Numbered from the stretch's first letter, positions 14,294 through 26,706 are shown. The stretch: 64,000 nt of DNA from Chiloscyllium plagiosum (GCF_004010195.1 NC_057752.1:888123-952122); one strand, 5' to 3'. Notes: a model not told the origin generated them from the sequence alone. Program-made: numbers and translations.

Positions 14294-15857
14294 AAGTCTG
14301 AGCGACAAATGCTGGCACCTGGGAGAGAGCATCCACTGAGTCTAAGACATTCAAGCTCAACCGGCATTACCATGGGCACTTTCAATAGGCTACTGCTGAA
14401 TTTTGTAATAAAGGTGTATAGTATTATCATTTGCAATTTGAGTTTTAAATTCAAGAGCTTAGTGGCTTTAGTTTTGTGAAGATAAATTTCTTTTAAGATG
14501 TCAAAGTCATTTGGCATTGTGAGCTAAATCCATCATTTCCAAGAAAGCATGAAAGTTAAATGCCTCAATCAGGCACCTGAGAAGTTAGTTGAAGTATTTT
14601 CAAAGTTGAATTGTATGACATACAGAGAAACAGAGCAGACGCCACTTGTAGCTTAAATTAATTTAGAAGATTTCGCTTTCGGTTTTGAAGAATCAGATTT
14701 TTAGTTCAGAAGAACAGTTTCAGTCTAGCAGAAGAATAGTCTGTTCAGACAGAGACGTCTCCTGGCTGTCAGACGTGAAAAGGAATCCAGGCCCCCAGAA
14801 CTGGAAATAAATCTCTAGACCATCAATCTGGAAATCGTCAGTTAAGATCTGAGTGATACTTCAGTGGGATTGAGTATCTGTAAAGAATGTAGTTGGGGGA
14901 AAATGGATTAATTATCCTTCTAGTTGATGATAGGATCTTTCTAAACTGTCCTACATATAGCTTTATGTGAACATGACCATTCATGTGAATAAGCCACCAT
15001 GATGACTAATACAAGCATCAAGCCAGGTTTCATTCTGTGTAATACTGAACAAGTAGAGATCCCAATCAGTTGGGGTGATACTTTACATGTTGTTAACAGT
15101 GAGAGGAGCAAAAGAGCTGATAGTTGGAATATTTCGTACATCTCAGCGCAGAGGACAAACACTTGGGAAGTTCTAACTTAGTTCAAAAACAATTAAAGCA
15201 GCAATGATCCAGATAAGTCTTCTCTACACAGTGAAAGGTGATCACCAAATCATCAGCTGTGCCTACCAAGCAATTACCTGCATACAAAATCTAGAGTAAT
15301 CTACATGATCTCTGAAGCAATTTTATTCTGAACCCATCACTACATATAAAGCTGCTGGTCTGTGGTTGCCCCAAATTAATTGTGCATTGCTAAAGAGTCC
15401 AGTTGACATCAAATGTATGCTTAATCTGGCAGAATCAGAAACTAATGATTTACAGCTCATTGACAATTTGTACTTACTGGTGTCCTTAGGAGTTGCCTAC
15501 AGAAAAACATACATGAGAAAATATCATACATGGCCAGCTCCAGGATTATACGAATCATCAAAATTTGTTTTAACAGTTAAAAGTACTGGCACAATGGTGT
15601 AGCTGGTACAAACCAATGACTGGTTCAGAATCAAGGAGATTTATAAAAGAAATTCACCACATGCCGCGTGCCTAATCTCTACATGAATCTGCACTGTTAC
15701 CGAAATTTCAGTGAAATCTGTGAACCTTTACCATGTGGCCAAATAAACTGCTGGAAATCCCCTTGGTAGATTATCTTTTTAGATCATAAATGTTGGAGAA
15801 TATTCATTTGTGGGCATGCAGAATTGGTGCAAATGGGTCTGGCATCACCTAGTAGCA

Positions 15858-16505
15858 ACAGGTCTGTCACTGTGTAACACTGGGGTACAGTACTGGTGGG
15901 GACAGGTCTGTCGCTGTGTAATACTAGGGTATAGTACTGGTGGGGATAGGTCTAAGGAAAATTCTAGTCTATTTGTCTCCAGTATGAGTCATTTACCTTT
16001 GTTCTTTATTGATGGAAGGGTGTCTGCTAGTTACTACTGAATATATATACTGCTGACACTTTAATTGGAGAAAGTGAGGACTTCAGATGCTGGAGATCAG
16101 AGTCCGAGGAGCGGGCGATTCCTGATGAAGGGCTTATGCCCAAAATGTTGATTCTCCTGCTCCTTGGATGCTGCCTGACCTGCTGTGCTTTTCCAGTACC
16201 ACACTCCCAACTGCCATTGTATAACACTAGTATGGTGTGAATGAAGATGGGGCTGTCACTGTATAATACCGTGGTACAGTGCTGGCAGATAGGTTGGTCA
16301 CTACATAACATTAGGGTATATTACTGGTAGGGTCAGGTCATTTGCAGTATAACACTTGGGCATAGCACTGGCAGGGTCAGGTCTGTCATTGTGGTACAGT
16401 ACTGGTGGGGATAGGGCTGTCACTGTATAATACTGGAGTACCATAATGGTTTATCAACAGGTCTGTTACTGTAAAACACCTGGCTACAATGCTGCTGGGG
16501 ACAAT
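15858..16505. repeat. About 43-bp minisatellite (caggtctgtcactgtataacactggggtacagtactggtggg) interrupted by a Penelope-derived element at about 16066-16212
   Basis: About 2 units before and about 7 after the interruption. Confidence 0.8.
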
Positions 16506-19010
16506 ATTCTGAGTAGAATCCAAATATGTGGCTTGACGCATGTCTCACTGAATTGCAGAGCAGGCTCTAGGAGCTGCATGTTCTACTCCAGGTCCTCTTT
16601 TGTATGTTGTCGATGAGATAACATATGAAAAGTGAGTTACTGCTATTGATCCTTGGGGAAGCTTTCATTTGCCTTATTTCGCTGGTGGAAAAATAGCACG
16701 CTGTCAGACCATAGCGTACAAGGTAAAACATTTATTTCCAGGGTGCATGGTACAGAACTACTAAGACAGACTATATTAAAACAGTACAATACTTCAATAA
16801 TGACAATTAAGATTTTCCATGGGCATTTAAACTCCCTTGTTTTAGAAATCATGTTTGTACAGGTTGATCAGTGGCAGCATTTTGGATCAAACCGTCGATC
16901 ATCTTCTTGTATCAATTTCCCATCACCCCAAGTGCACATCTCTGGCCATAACTGAAATGAGGCAATCAATGCTCTGATTAATGGTTAACAGGGAGTTGCT
17001 TATGGTAAACCCATTTCTCTGTGCAGTTAGAGAGATCTTAGTTTAAATTATCCATGTCAGAAAGCTGCCATTTCCTCTACATAGCTTCTTCAAATAGAAA
17101 TTTGCTCTCGGACTGTTTCCCAAATATTAGTATGCAAATAGGAGTTGCAGCACAATCTACAGCCCAGCAATTGATCAACCAACCCCTCGTTTCTATATAA
17201 AACCAGGAACATGCACTTACCCAGAGGGTTTTTTTCTGTAACTCTCATTGGTCACTACTTCCCAGTGTGATTGTATATGTTGATGAGAGTCAGGCAGCAA
17301 AATAGTCTGACTTTTGCATTGGCATCAGGTTTGGTCAGCTTTTCTGGTCTACTACCTACTACCTGAATACTGATCACATTCACAAATGTTAACATCCTTA
17401 ATGGAAGGCAGCAGAAAATAGATGGAAGAAAGAGAGACGGGAAATTTGGAGAAGCTGGGTTTTTCCACCTTGGAGGAAACATAGAAGAGATTTGATGGGG
17501 GTGTTCAAAATTATGAAGGACCTGGACAGAATAGAGGGGGAGAATCTTTTCCCATTTGGCAGCAGAATTGGTCACTCAGTGATTAACCCTGGGGAATTAA
17601 ACACCAGTCTTGTTGTTAAAGTGATGATTACAAACATGATGAGCTGAACAGCCTCCTTATGTACTGTAACCACATACTATAATCGTAAGATTGTTGCCAG
17701 CTCAAATATTTGGAATTCCCTAACCTATGCACCAACAACAGTTGATAACAAATTTTAAGGGTAAATAGGGATGAACAATGAATGCCTTTTTTGAGGGTTT
17801 TACACTTTCAATCAACAAACTAACCCTTGAGTTTCTAATTCAAAGCAAGTTTATTACTAACTGAGCCAAAACAATAAATACAAACTGCAAAGCAGAGCTT
17901 CAAGGAGTTGCAACATGCAGCTGTGATACCCTGGGTTGCATAATCTGCCAGTCAGGTTGCCTGCTTGCATTGCTGAACTCATTCATTTATTATTTGATAT
18001 CCAGTCACTGTATTGGGCAGGTAACATGGAAGGGGTGGGGTAAGAAGGAACATATTAGGTTTGCCTATTCCAGATCTCACCTGGCCACCACACACGAGTC
18101 ACTCAATAGTAACCACAATCACTCCACCATTGGTGACCATGCCTTCAGCAACATTCCTACCAATTTAATCTTCCTCTCTGCAGACTTCAGCTGTCATGCA
18201 CAGCACGGCCTTCCAGAAATGGAAGTCGTTGCTGCGAATAGCGTCAGCCAATCACTGTGCACAGAGCCCCACAGCACAGCTTAGAGGAAACAAGTTGCCT
18301 GAGCTCAAAGCTCCAAAGTTCCTTCCCTAAACCTTTCTATCTCAATCTCACTTTCCCCTTTTAAGAAATCATCTACACTTTTCATCAGCTGACCAAGATA
18401 TTTCAATATTTCCCTGTATTGCTTTGTATGTTGTTTTATAATTCCCTTGTGAAAAACTTTGGGAAGTTCAACATGTAAAGTGCTACACGAATACAGGTTG
18501 CTGCGCTTGGAGAATAGTCTTAGGCCAGACCACCATGGTGTGGTGACAGTGAAGCTCAAACGGTTTGCTAACCACCAAGAACTTGATGCACAGCCAAGTT
18601 GAGGAGAAGTGCGATTGGAGTTTGGGATTTTTAGAAAACATATCTAACTCAATGGAAGATCTGAAAAATGCATTAATGACTTTTCTCATTATTGGTGAGC
18701 ATCAAAAATATTGGTCAGTAACGATGAACAACAAATAGTTCTGTTTTCAGGGAACCTACCTCACTGTATTAGCACTGTTGTAGTCTCATTCCTGGAAGTA
18801 CACATAAGAGAGAGCGAGCTTGTGTGTAAGAGAGCTGGGGGTAGAACACAAGGCCCTAGTGGTATAGGGCATTAAAATCCTGCAACTGGAATATTCTACA
18901 ATTGCTTTAAACTAGGCAGGCAATAAAATGTTGAGGAAGGTTATCATTTAATTCCCTTTGCTGAAGAGCTGCTTCATAAACACAATAACAGAGACACACA
19001 AGCAAACACA

Positions 19011-19016
19011 TTTATT
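19011..19016 (-). promoter_or_regulatory. Candidate poly(A) signal, distal SLC11A2 isoform
   Basis: AATAAA followed on the minus strand by GU-rich tgtgtttgcttgtgtgtctctgttattgtgttt. Confidence 0.5.
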
Positions 19017-19889
19017 TTTTTTTTTAAAAAATCAATGGTACCATTACAGAATTCTGAAATCATCAAAAGGACTTCATGATCAGAAACAGATCAAAGTAGA
19101 AAATTACAATTGGACCACTCACATCCTACATAATTACAGGCTGTTACTGCTCCTTTGCGCTTAGCACAACTATTTTCAATGATTTCCAAATTATGTAACA
19201 ATAAATGACAAAGCAGAGCTGCTCCCACCCGCACTCCTCTGACCCTGTGCAATTTTGAACCTGTGAAATATTCTCCAGTGTTTCGACTATTTCCATCCTT
19301 TCAGATTTAGTGAGAGGAAGGAACACAGAGCTGATGAATCATGGAATGAAGGGAAATAGCTTATGGGTTAGGGGTCCGAAACCACAGGTCGCAACATGTC
19401 TACATTATTGAAGGATCAGAGTGAAGGAAGTGAGAATGGAGGAAAACAAGAGATGTTTAAATCAGGAGGATTCTGTGTACTCCTCAGGGTGAACAGAATG
19501 CCTGATCCAGTGTTCAAATCCAGGCACTTGTTTCAGATATACAACATCACAAATTGATGCTCAGACTCAACCACTGGCATAATTTCTAAATCAGGACTTG
19601 GGCTGCAGCCTCCCATTCTCAATCAGATGCAGCATCTCACTCCAGGATGGAACAAATGTCCAGTAGTTCTAAGATACTCAACACTTGATGGAAGGCTTTA
19701 CAGTAAACTTAGCCACCTTCATAAAAAAGTTATTGTTGTCATTACTCAAGAACTGAATTTTCTTGTTCTAGGCTTGAAATATTCTGAGGACCAGTGGACA
19801 GCATTTGGCACCCTCTGCCACCTCAATGCACCATTTTCCTATTGCGAGCTCAGACAGGTCTTAACAGTGATGGAGATCACAGCTGGGCC

Positions 19890-20084
19890 TCATCCTCTCA
19901 AAACCCACACAAATAGGCCAAGTTTGGTGAGGAAGTACTGGCCAAGAATCTGGGTTTTTGTTTTACTCCTCCCCTGCCACCTAAGACTCTGGACTGTAAT
20001 CTCTGTTGAGATCAGTGAATCCACTGAGGACCATGGATTAACCTTAAAGTAACCTGAGGAGGACCTAGAGACGGTCACCAGCAG
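19890..20084 (-). CDS. SLC11A2: Probable alternative terminal exon of DMT1 (non-IRE/exon-17 equivalent): LLVTVSRSSSGYFKVNPWSSVDSLISTEITVQSLRWQGRSKTKTQILGQYFLTKLGLFVWVLRG*
   Basis: Strong acceptor cttctctctcttgctcttttag, in phase 0 with the internal donor at 23960. DSLIS resembles DSLVS of the mammalian non-IRE tail. About 0.9 kb with no repeat I recognise leads to AATAAA (19016-19011) plus a GU-rich tract. Confidence 0.6.
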   Translation of the reverse strand: MLVTVSRSSSGYFKVNPWSSVDSLISTEITVQSLRWQGRSKTKTQILGQYFLTKLGLFVWVLRG

Positions 20085-20539
20085 CTAAAAGAGCAAGAGA
20101 GAGAAGGATCCTGCGCTTTTGAAAATGAGACAAAGTGGGGACAGCACCTTCTCAAATGAGAGAGCATTTTCAAAAGGAGAAGAGTGGACCCACATGAAGG
20201 GCAGTGGGAGAGAAATACTAATGGCAGAGAGCACTGTCAGAGCCAAGACATCTCAGGTAAACAGGCAGGTGAGAAACAAGTTACCTGGACAGAGTTTCAG
20301 GAGGCAGCCAGACCCCTCAGATTAATTACATTATATTTAGTCTGTGGTCAGGATAGGAAGCTGCGACTGCAAGCGAGATAGGCATGGGGATCCAGAATTT
20401 AACTTTGGAGCAGCCTCAGCTGGTATCCTTGTCCAATAGTTACAAGGTTCTTGCTCCTGGTGTGGACAAGGGCACAGACTACAGAGAGTATGGGTAAACA
20501 GACCACAGCACCATAGTCTAAAACAAGTGGGGGCAAGGG

Positions 20540-22870
20540 AAGGGAAACATAGTAGTAAAAGGGAATAGGAATACATATAGTTCTCTGCAGCAAAGAACAG
20601 AATTTCAAAGGCTTGCCTACCTGGTGCCAAAGGACCAGGACATTTCTTCTGGGCTAGAGAGAAACTTTAAGTAGCGATCAGAACATAGTTGAATTTCAAA
20701 TTCTGTTTGAGGAAGAGCAACTCTGATCGCAGTTTAAATAAGATCAATTACAGATTACGAAGAAAGAGTAGTCTAAAGCAAGCTGGGAAAATAGATGAAG
20801 GGGAAGGTCAGTAGATGAGCAAAAAATATTAAGGCATACAAAGTGGTGAAAAGGAGCAGTAGACCAATGGATTGGGAATTTCTTTCAGGAACCAATAGTG
20901 AATGATTAAAAAGCTTAGAGAAAATTGATTATGAAAGTAAATTGGCAAGAAATATAAAAGACAAACAGGTGCTTTTATCAGTATATTTACGGAAAAGTAG
21001 CTCATGTCAGTGTGGCACCCTTGGAGGATGAACTAGGGAATTGATAGCACCGGGGGAATCAGCAGATAATTTAAATAAATATTTTGCATCTGGAGGACAC
21101 AATAACCATGAAGCTATCAGATAAGCAAGGTAACTAATGGAAAGGAAGATCTTGTAACAGTCTAACAAGGGACAAAGTACTTGACAAATTAATGGGATTA
21201 AAGTCACAATTTGTTAATGATTACACAGTGCATGTTATTGATGTGTATGACTTTATCTAATGGTTTTAAAGGAAGTAGCTGCATTGATAGTAGGGACATT
21301 GATTAAAATATGGTTCCAGCGAATTGGAAACTCTTGAGGGAGGGAGACAAAAAGCAGAAAATTATAGGCTAGATAACATTTGTTGTTGGGAAAAAGCTAT
21401 AGTCCATTATTAAGGAAGAAGTATGACATTAAGAAAAGCTTCACATAATCAAGCAATCAATATGGTTTTGTAAAAGGGAAAATTATGTTTGGCAAATTTG
21501 CTGAAGTTCTTTGAGGATACAATAAGTAGAGATGATAAAGGGAAACTTGTAGAAGTAGTGTATTTGGATTTCTAGAATGGGCCTAATAAAAAAGGTTAAT
21601 ACACAGATGCTTACAGCATTAGAAAGTAATGTATGAGCTTGGATTACACACAGAAGACAGAGTTGGGATTAACAGGCCTTTTTTAGGTTGGAAAGAGGCA
21701 ACTATATTACTGACTTGGGCAGGGGGAGAGAAAGAGAAATCAGCAAGTAATTCAAATTTGATGATACAAAAATAGGTGGAGTGCATGTTGTGACGAAGAC
21801 ATTAGGAAATTGTAAGCGGATATAGATAGGTTTAAGTAAATGGGCAAACAGCTTAGTAGGAGAAAGTGAGGACTGCAGATGCTGGAGATCAGAGCTGGAA
21901 ATGTGTTGCTGGAAAAGCGCAGCAGGTCAGGCAGCATCCAAGGAGCAGGAGAATTGATGTTTCGGGCATGAGCCCTTCTTCAGGAATTTCCTCATTCCTG
22001 AAGAAGGGCTCATGCCCGAAACGTAGATTCTCCTGCTCCTTGGATGCTGCCTGACCTGCTGCACTTTTCCAGCAACACATTTTCAGCAAACAGCTTAGTA
22101 GATTGGGTTTAATGTAGGAAAGTAAGAGATCTTGCACTTTGGTAGGAAGAATCAAAAGGCAAACTACCATTTAAATGGAGGAACATTCCAAGTGCAGTGC
22201 AGAAGGATATTGATATTCTTGTGCATGCAGCACAAAACATTAGCAATAGGTGCAGCAAGTAATTTTGAAGGCAAATGGAATTTTGGCCTTTATTGCTGAG
22301 AGTTGGAGTTTTAAAAAAGGGAAGTCTTGTAACAACTGTACAGGGTGCTGGTGACACTGTACCCGGAGTACTGTGTATGGTTTTATTTCTTATATTTTGG
22401 ATAGGTTATTCTGGCATTGAAGGCGATTCAAAAGAGATTCACTTGGCTGATTAGAGGGATGAAGGGATTAACTTATCAAGAACAGCTAAATGGGTTAGGA
22501 CTGTATTTATTAGAGTTTAGGACACTGAGGGGAGATCTTATTGAAACACAATGTTCTGAAGGGGCTTGAACAGGGTTGATGTTGAGAAGATGTTTCCATT
22601 AGTTGGGGAATCTTGTTACAGAATAAAGGGGACAGTCATTTAAAACAAAAATGTGAACAAATCTCTTCTAGAAGGTATGATTGTCTGGGATTCTCTACCC
22701 CAGACAGCCAAAGAGGCTAGAAAGTATTTCAAGAGGAGGTAGATAGATTTTTAAAATATCAGGAAGTTGAATGCTTCGATGAATCGGCACAAGAGGAATT
22801 GAGGTCTGGGGTAGATCCATCATGACTTTGTTAAATGGTGGGCTGAATGGTCGACTTCAGCCATATTTGT
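20540..22870 (+). mobile_element. Decayed CR1 LINE
   Basis: ORF1 esterase-like remnant near 20560-20630, degenerate RT (gtgtatttggatttc) and CR1 3' region. Confidence 0.75.
21860..22085. mobile_element. Short palindromic non-autonomous Penelope-derived element with hammerhead cores
   Basis: About 90-bp inverted arms; perfect 16-bp TSD gcaaacagcttagtag (21844-21859, 22086-22101); core CTGAAGA-A-GGGC-TCAT-GCCC-GAAACGTA at 21998-22025. Confidence 0.85.
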
Positions 22871-23332
22871 TATCTTTAATGTAAACCTCAGTCCTTCCCA
22901 GTCTGTGAGATCCACTACCACAACTAGGTGGAACTGGAACAGTTTAGTATTTAAACTTTAAAAGTGAAAATATTTGGTTTTAAACTTTAAATACTAAAAA
23001 AGATATAAAGGAATTTTCTGTTCACTCCATATGGGACTTTAGCCAATGGTCACCTTAGCCTACCGGAACACAGTTTGACCTTGTGTTTCCAAACATTGCT
23101 GGAAGTGTGGGTTTGAACCTTGCAGACACCATAGCTGCTTGATCAATCCAGAAGCAGCTGTAGGACCCCAGTTTCTCATCCAGTGCCATTAAGGAAAACT
23201 GGAAATCAGGTCTTTAGGAATATGTGACAGTCCTGCTTGTACATACATATAAAACTTTCATTTTTACTCCCAACTTATATTTCAAAAATTGTGGCAAATT
23301 TTAAATTCAAATACTTCAATGGTAAAATACTG

Positions 23333-23338
23333 TTTATT
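23333..23338 (-). promoter_or_regulatory. Candidate poly(A) signal, proximal SLC11A2 isoform
   Basis: AATAAA on the minus strand about 570 nt after the stop at 23906. Confidence 0.4.
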
Positions 23339-23905
23339 GATGAACTTTAGGTCCCCCCTTCTACCAATCTGACAGAACGTTCTGGACATAGAGGGGAGGA
23401 GCACTGTTGTGTCAGTTAGTGTTTTGAAGAGAGAGACCTGCCAAGAGCATTGAGCTAGCAAATGCTCAGCTACAGCAGCCCAGGCACCGATTTTTAAAAA
23501 TACATAAAATTGTTCTAATTTAAAAACATTATAAATCATTTCCAGCAGAACTTCTACATTTGAATCATGACTGCACAGTACCTTTATAAAATACAGGTTT
23601 GGGATTTACAAATAGGTTGAGGGCACTCGATTATCCATTGCTGTTTCTGCACACAATTATCTAACATCTAAAAAGTAGAGTGTTAATTTTGGGGTTTACT
23701 TAAAAGTTACTAATTAATACTTGAAATCCTAAAGCCCCACAATAGTTACTTGATCCACAGGGAACATTTAAATGAACACCCTCGGGTAAATCTTAGATTA
23801 GAGTTGTTTCTGTATAGTTCCCTACAGAACAGTGCTCAGGAAGCAACCAAACAGAGCTAGACTCCTGGTGTCTTTTACAGGGATGTATAAAGGAACTTTC
23901 TTTGG

Positions 23906-24013
23906 TTAACTCTCAGACTCGCCTTGTTCTTCTATAAGCACAGCACTGGTGCTGCTTACCGTGCGTCCGCAGTTCAGAAAGGAGACCCCCAGTGAAACTG
24001 CACAGTACCAGGC
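23906..24013 (-). CDS. SLC11A2: DMT1 proximal terminal exon: AWYCAVSLGVSFLNCGRT|VSSTSAVLIEEQGESES*
   Basis: cag acceptor, TAA at 23906-23908. Internal donor ACG|GTAAGC at 23960/23959 is where mammalian IRE and non-IRE isoforms diverge; this supports SLC11A2 over SLC11A1. Confidence 0.92.
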   Translation of the reverse strand, partial: AWYCAVSLGVSFLNCGRTVSSTSAVLIEEQGESES

Positions 24014-24504
24014 CTGGAGGGACAACAAAGAAAAGCAAAGGTCACTTCACAAAGTATTCAATCTGAGCATCCTTTCCATTGCACCAGAGTTGAAGCAACA
24101 GGCACAGTTGACTACTAAATTCTTTCCTTGCTATAATGTGTCTAACAATCACCCAAACTTCCTGAAAACAGAGGGATTTTTGTGTGCTAGATAGCAATAT
24201 TTTGCCCCTTGCAGAGAGTATGTGCTGCTGACATTTTGAGCACTTTTCTCATGAACTTTCAGATTTACTTAATTCTTCCACGTATAGAATTCTTCCAGCT
24301 TTGGTACATCTTCAGTTCAGGAATACAGTTGAGATCAGGATACATTGGGTTTTCCAGGTTAGTGGGTAGATGCCAGTGTGGAGCTGTACTAGGACATCTT
24401 GGCTTGGGGCACAGCACGTTCCGGAGTATAAGCATTTAATACTATTGCCAGAATATTATAGAATCATGCAGCATGAAAACAGACCCTTTGGCCAACCAGA
24501 TATC

Positions 24505-26706
24505 CGATAGTAAAAGTTTCTTTCAATACGTAAGAAATAAACGAGAGGCAAAAGTAGACATTGGGATGCTCTGAATTGATGCTGGAAAGCTAGTGATGGG
24601 AGATAAAGTACTTACTAAGTTCTTCAGCTATTTCCTTGTGTCAATCTTCACAGTGGAAGACATGAATAATATCCCTACAATTAAGGAGAGTCGGGGGGCA
24701 GAGTTAAGTATGGTAGCCATTACAAAAGAGAAAGTGCTAGAAAAGCTAAAAGATCCAAAACTTTGAGAAATCTCCTGGCCCCGATAGGCTACATCGTAGA
24801 GTTCAGAGGGAGGTGGCTGAGGAAGTAGCGGAGGAGTTGGTTGTGATCCTTCAAAAGTCACTGGGAGTCAGGGAAAGTCCCAGATGATTGGAAAATCGCT
24901 GTTGTAACCCCCTTGTTCAAGAAAGGATCAAGACAAAAGATGGAAAATTATAGGCCGATTAGCCTCACCTCTGTTGTTGGTAAAATTCTAGAATCCATCT
25001 TTAAGGATGAGATTTCTAAATTCTTGGGAGTGCAGGGTCAGATTAGAACAAGTCAGCATGGTTTTAGTAAGGGGAGGTTGTGTCTGACAAACCTGTTAGA
25101 ATTCTTTGAAGGGGTAACATATAGGGTAGACCAGGGAAACCCAGTGGATGTTATTTACCTAGACTTCCTGAAGGACTTTGATAAGAGGCCTCACAGGAAG
25201 CTGCCGAGTAAGGTGAGGGCCCATGGTGTTTGAGGTGAGTTACTGGCATGAATTGAGGATTGGCTGTCTGATAGAAGGCAGAGAGTTGGGATAAAAAGGT
25301 TCTTTTTCAGAATGGCAAGTGGTATCCTGCAGGGTTCAGTGTTGGGGCTGCAGCTGTTCACTTTATATACTAATGATCTGGATGAAGAGACTGGGGGCAT
25401 TCTGGCGAAGTTTGCCGATGATCCAAAGTTAGGTGGACAGGCAGGTAATACTGAGGTGGTGGGGAGGCTGCAGAAAAACTTAGACAGTTTAGAAGACTGG
25501 TCCAGGAAATGGCTGATGAAATTCAACATGAGCAAATGTGAAGTCTTGCACTTTGGAAAAAAGAATACAGACATGAACTATTTTCTAAGCAGTGAGAAAA
25601 TTCATAAAGTCGAAGTACAAAGGGATCTGGGAGTGCTAGTACAGGATTGTCTAAAGGTTAACTTGCAGGTTGAGTCCATGGTTAAGAAAGCAAATGTAAT
25701 GTCATTTCTCCCAAGAGGGTTGGAATATAAAAGCAGCAATGTGCTTCTGAGACTTTATAAAGCTCTGGTTTGGCCCCATTTAGAATACGGTGTCCAGTTT
25801 TGGGCCTCACACCTCAAGGAGGACATACTGACACTGGAGCGTATCCAGCGGAGATTCACGCTGATGATCCCTGGAATGGTAGCCTAACATACGACAAATG
25901 GCTGAGGATCCTGGGATTGTATTCATTAGAGTTTAGAAGGTTGAGGGGAGATCTAATAGAAACTTACAAGATAATGCATGGCTTAGATAGAGTGGAGCTG
26001 AAAATGTGTTGCTGGAAAAGCGCAGCAGGTCAGGCAGCATCCAGGGAACAGGNNNNNNNNNNNNNNNNNNNNNNNNNNNNNNNNNNNNNNNNNNNNNNNN
26101 NNNNNNNNNNNNNNNNNNNNNNNNNNNNNNNNNNNNNNNNNNNNNNNNNNNNNNNNNNNNNNNNNNNNNNNNNNNNNNNNNNNNNNNNNNNNNNNNNNNN
26201 NNNNNNNNNNNNNNNNNNNNNNNNNNNNNNNNNNNNNNNNNNNNCATTGGGTGCAGAGGATGCAATAGATGATGTGTGTGGAGGTGCAGGTGGATCTGTG
26301 GCGGATATGGAAGTTTCCTTTGGGGCCTTGGAGGGAGGTGAGGGGGGAGGTGTGGGCGCTTAGATAGGGTGGACGCTGGGAAGTTGTTTCTGTCAGACGG
26401 GGAGACTCAGACCAGTGGGCACAGCCTTAGAATTAGAGGGCGTGAATTTCAAACGGAAATGAGGAGACATTTCTTCAGTCAGAGCATGGGCCTGAGGAAT
26501 TCATTACCTTGGCGTGCAGTGGAGGCCAGAACGTTAAATGTCTTCCAGGCAGAGATCGATAAACACTTGACCTCGCAAGGAATTAAGGGCTATGGGAAGA
26601 GTGTGGCTAAGTGGAGTTGAAATGCCCATGAGCCATGATTAAATGGCTGCGTGGACTCGATGGGCTGAATGGCCTTACTTCCACTCCGATGTCTTGTGGT
26701 CTTATG
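24505..26706 (+). mobile_element. CR1 LINE ORF2 (reverse transcriptase), disrupted; contains a nested Penelope-derived insert and a gap
   Basis: NYRPISLTSVVGKILE, QHGF, YLDF, QGSVLG, KFADD motifs with stops and frameshifts. Confidence 0.92.

Noticed and set aside
14278..14301. CHLHLKV* after an acceptor, resembling the start of mammalian DMT1 exon 17 (CHLGL)
   Set aside because: On the plus strand, opposite to SLC11A2
15858..16505. Regularly spaced repeats resembling a CRISPR array
   Set aside because: Head-to-tail degenerate minisatellite with no unique spacers, no cas genes, eukaryotic context
23395..23415. CAGUGC in the SLC11A2 3' UTR as an IRE loop
   Set aside because: Flanks (acacaa / tcctcc) cannot form the 5-bp upper stem
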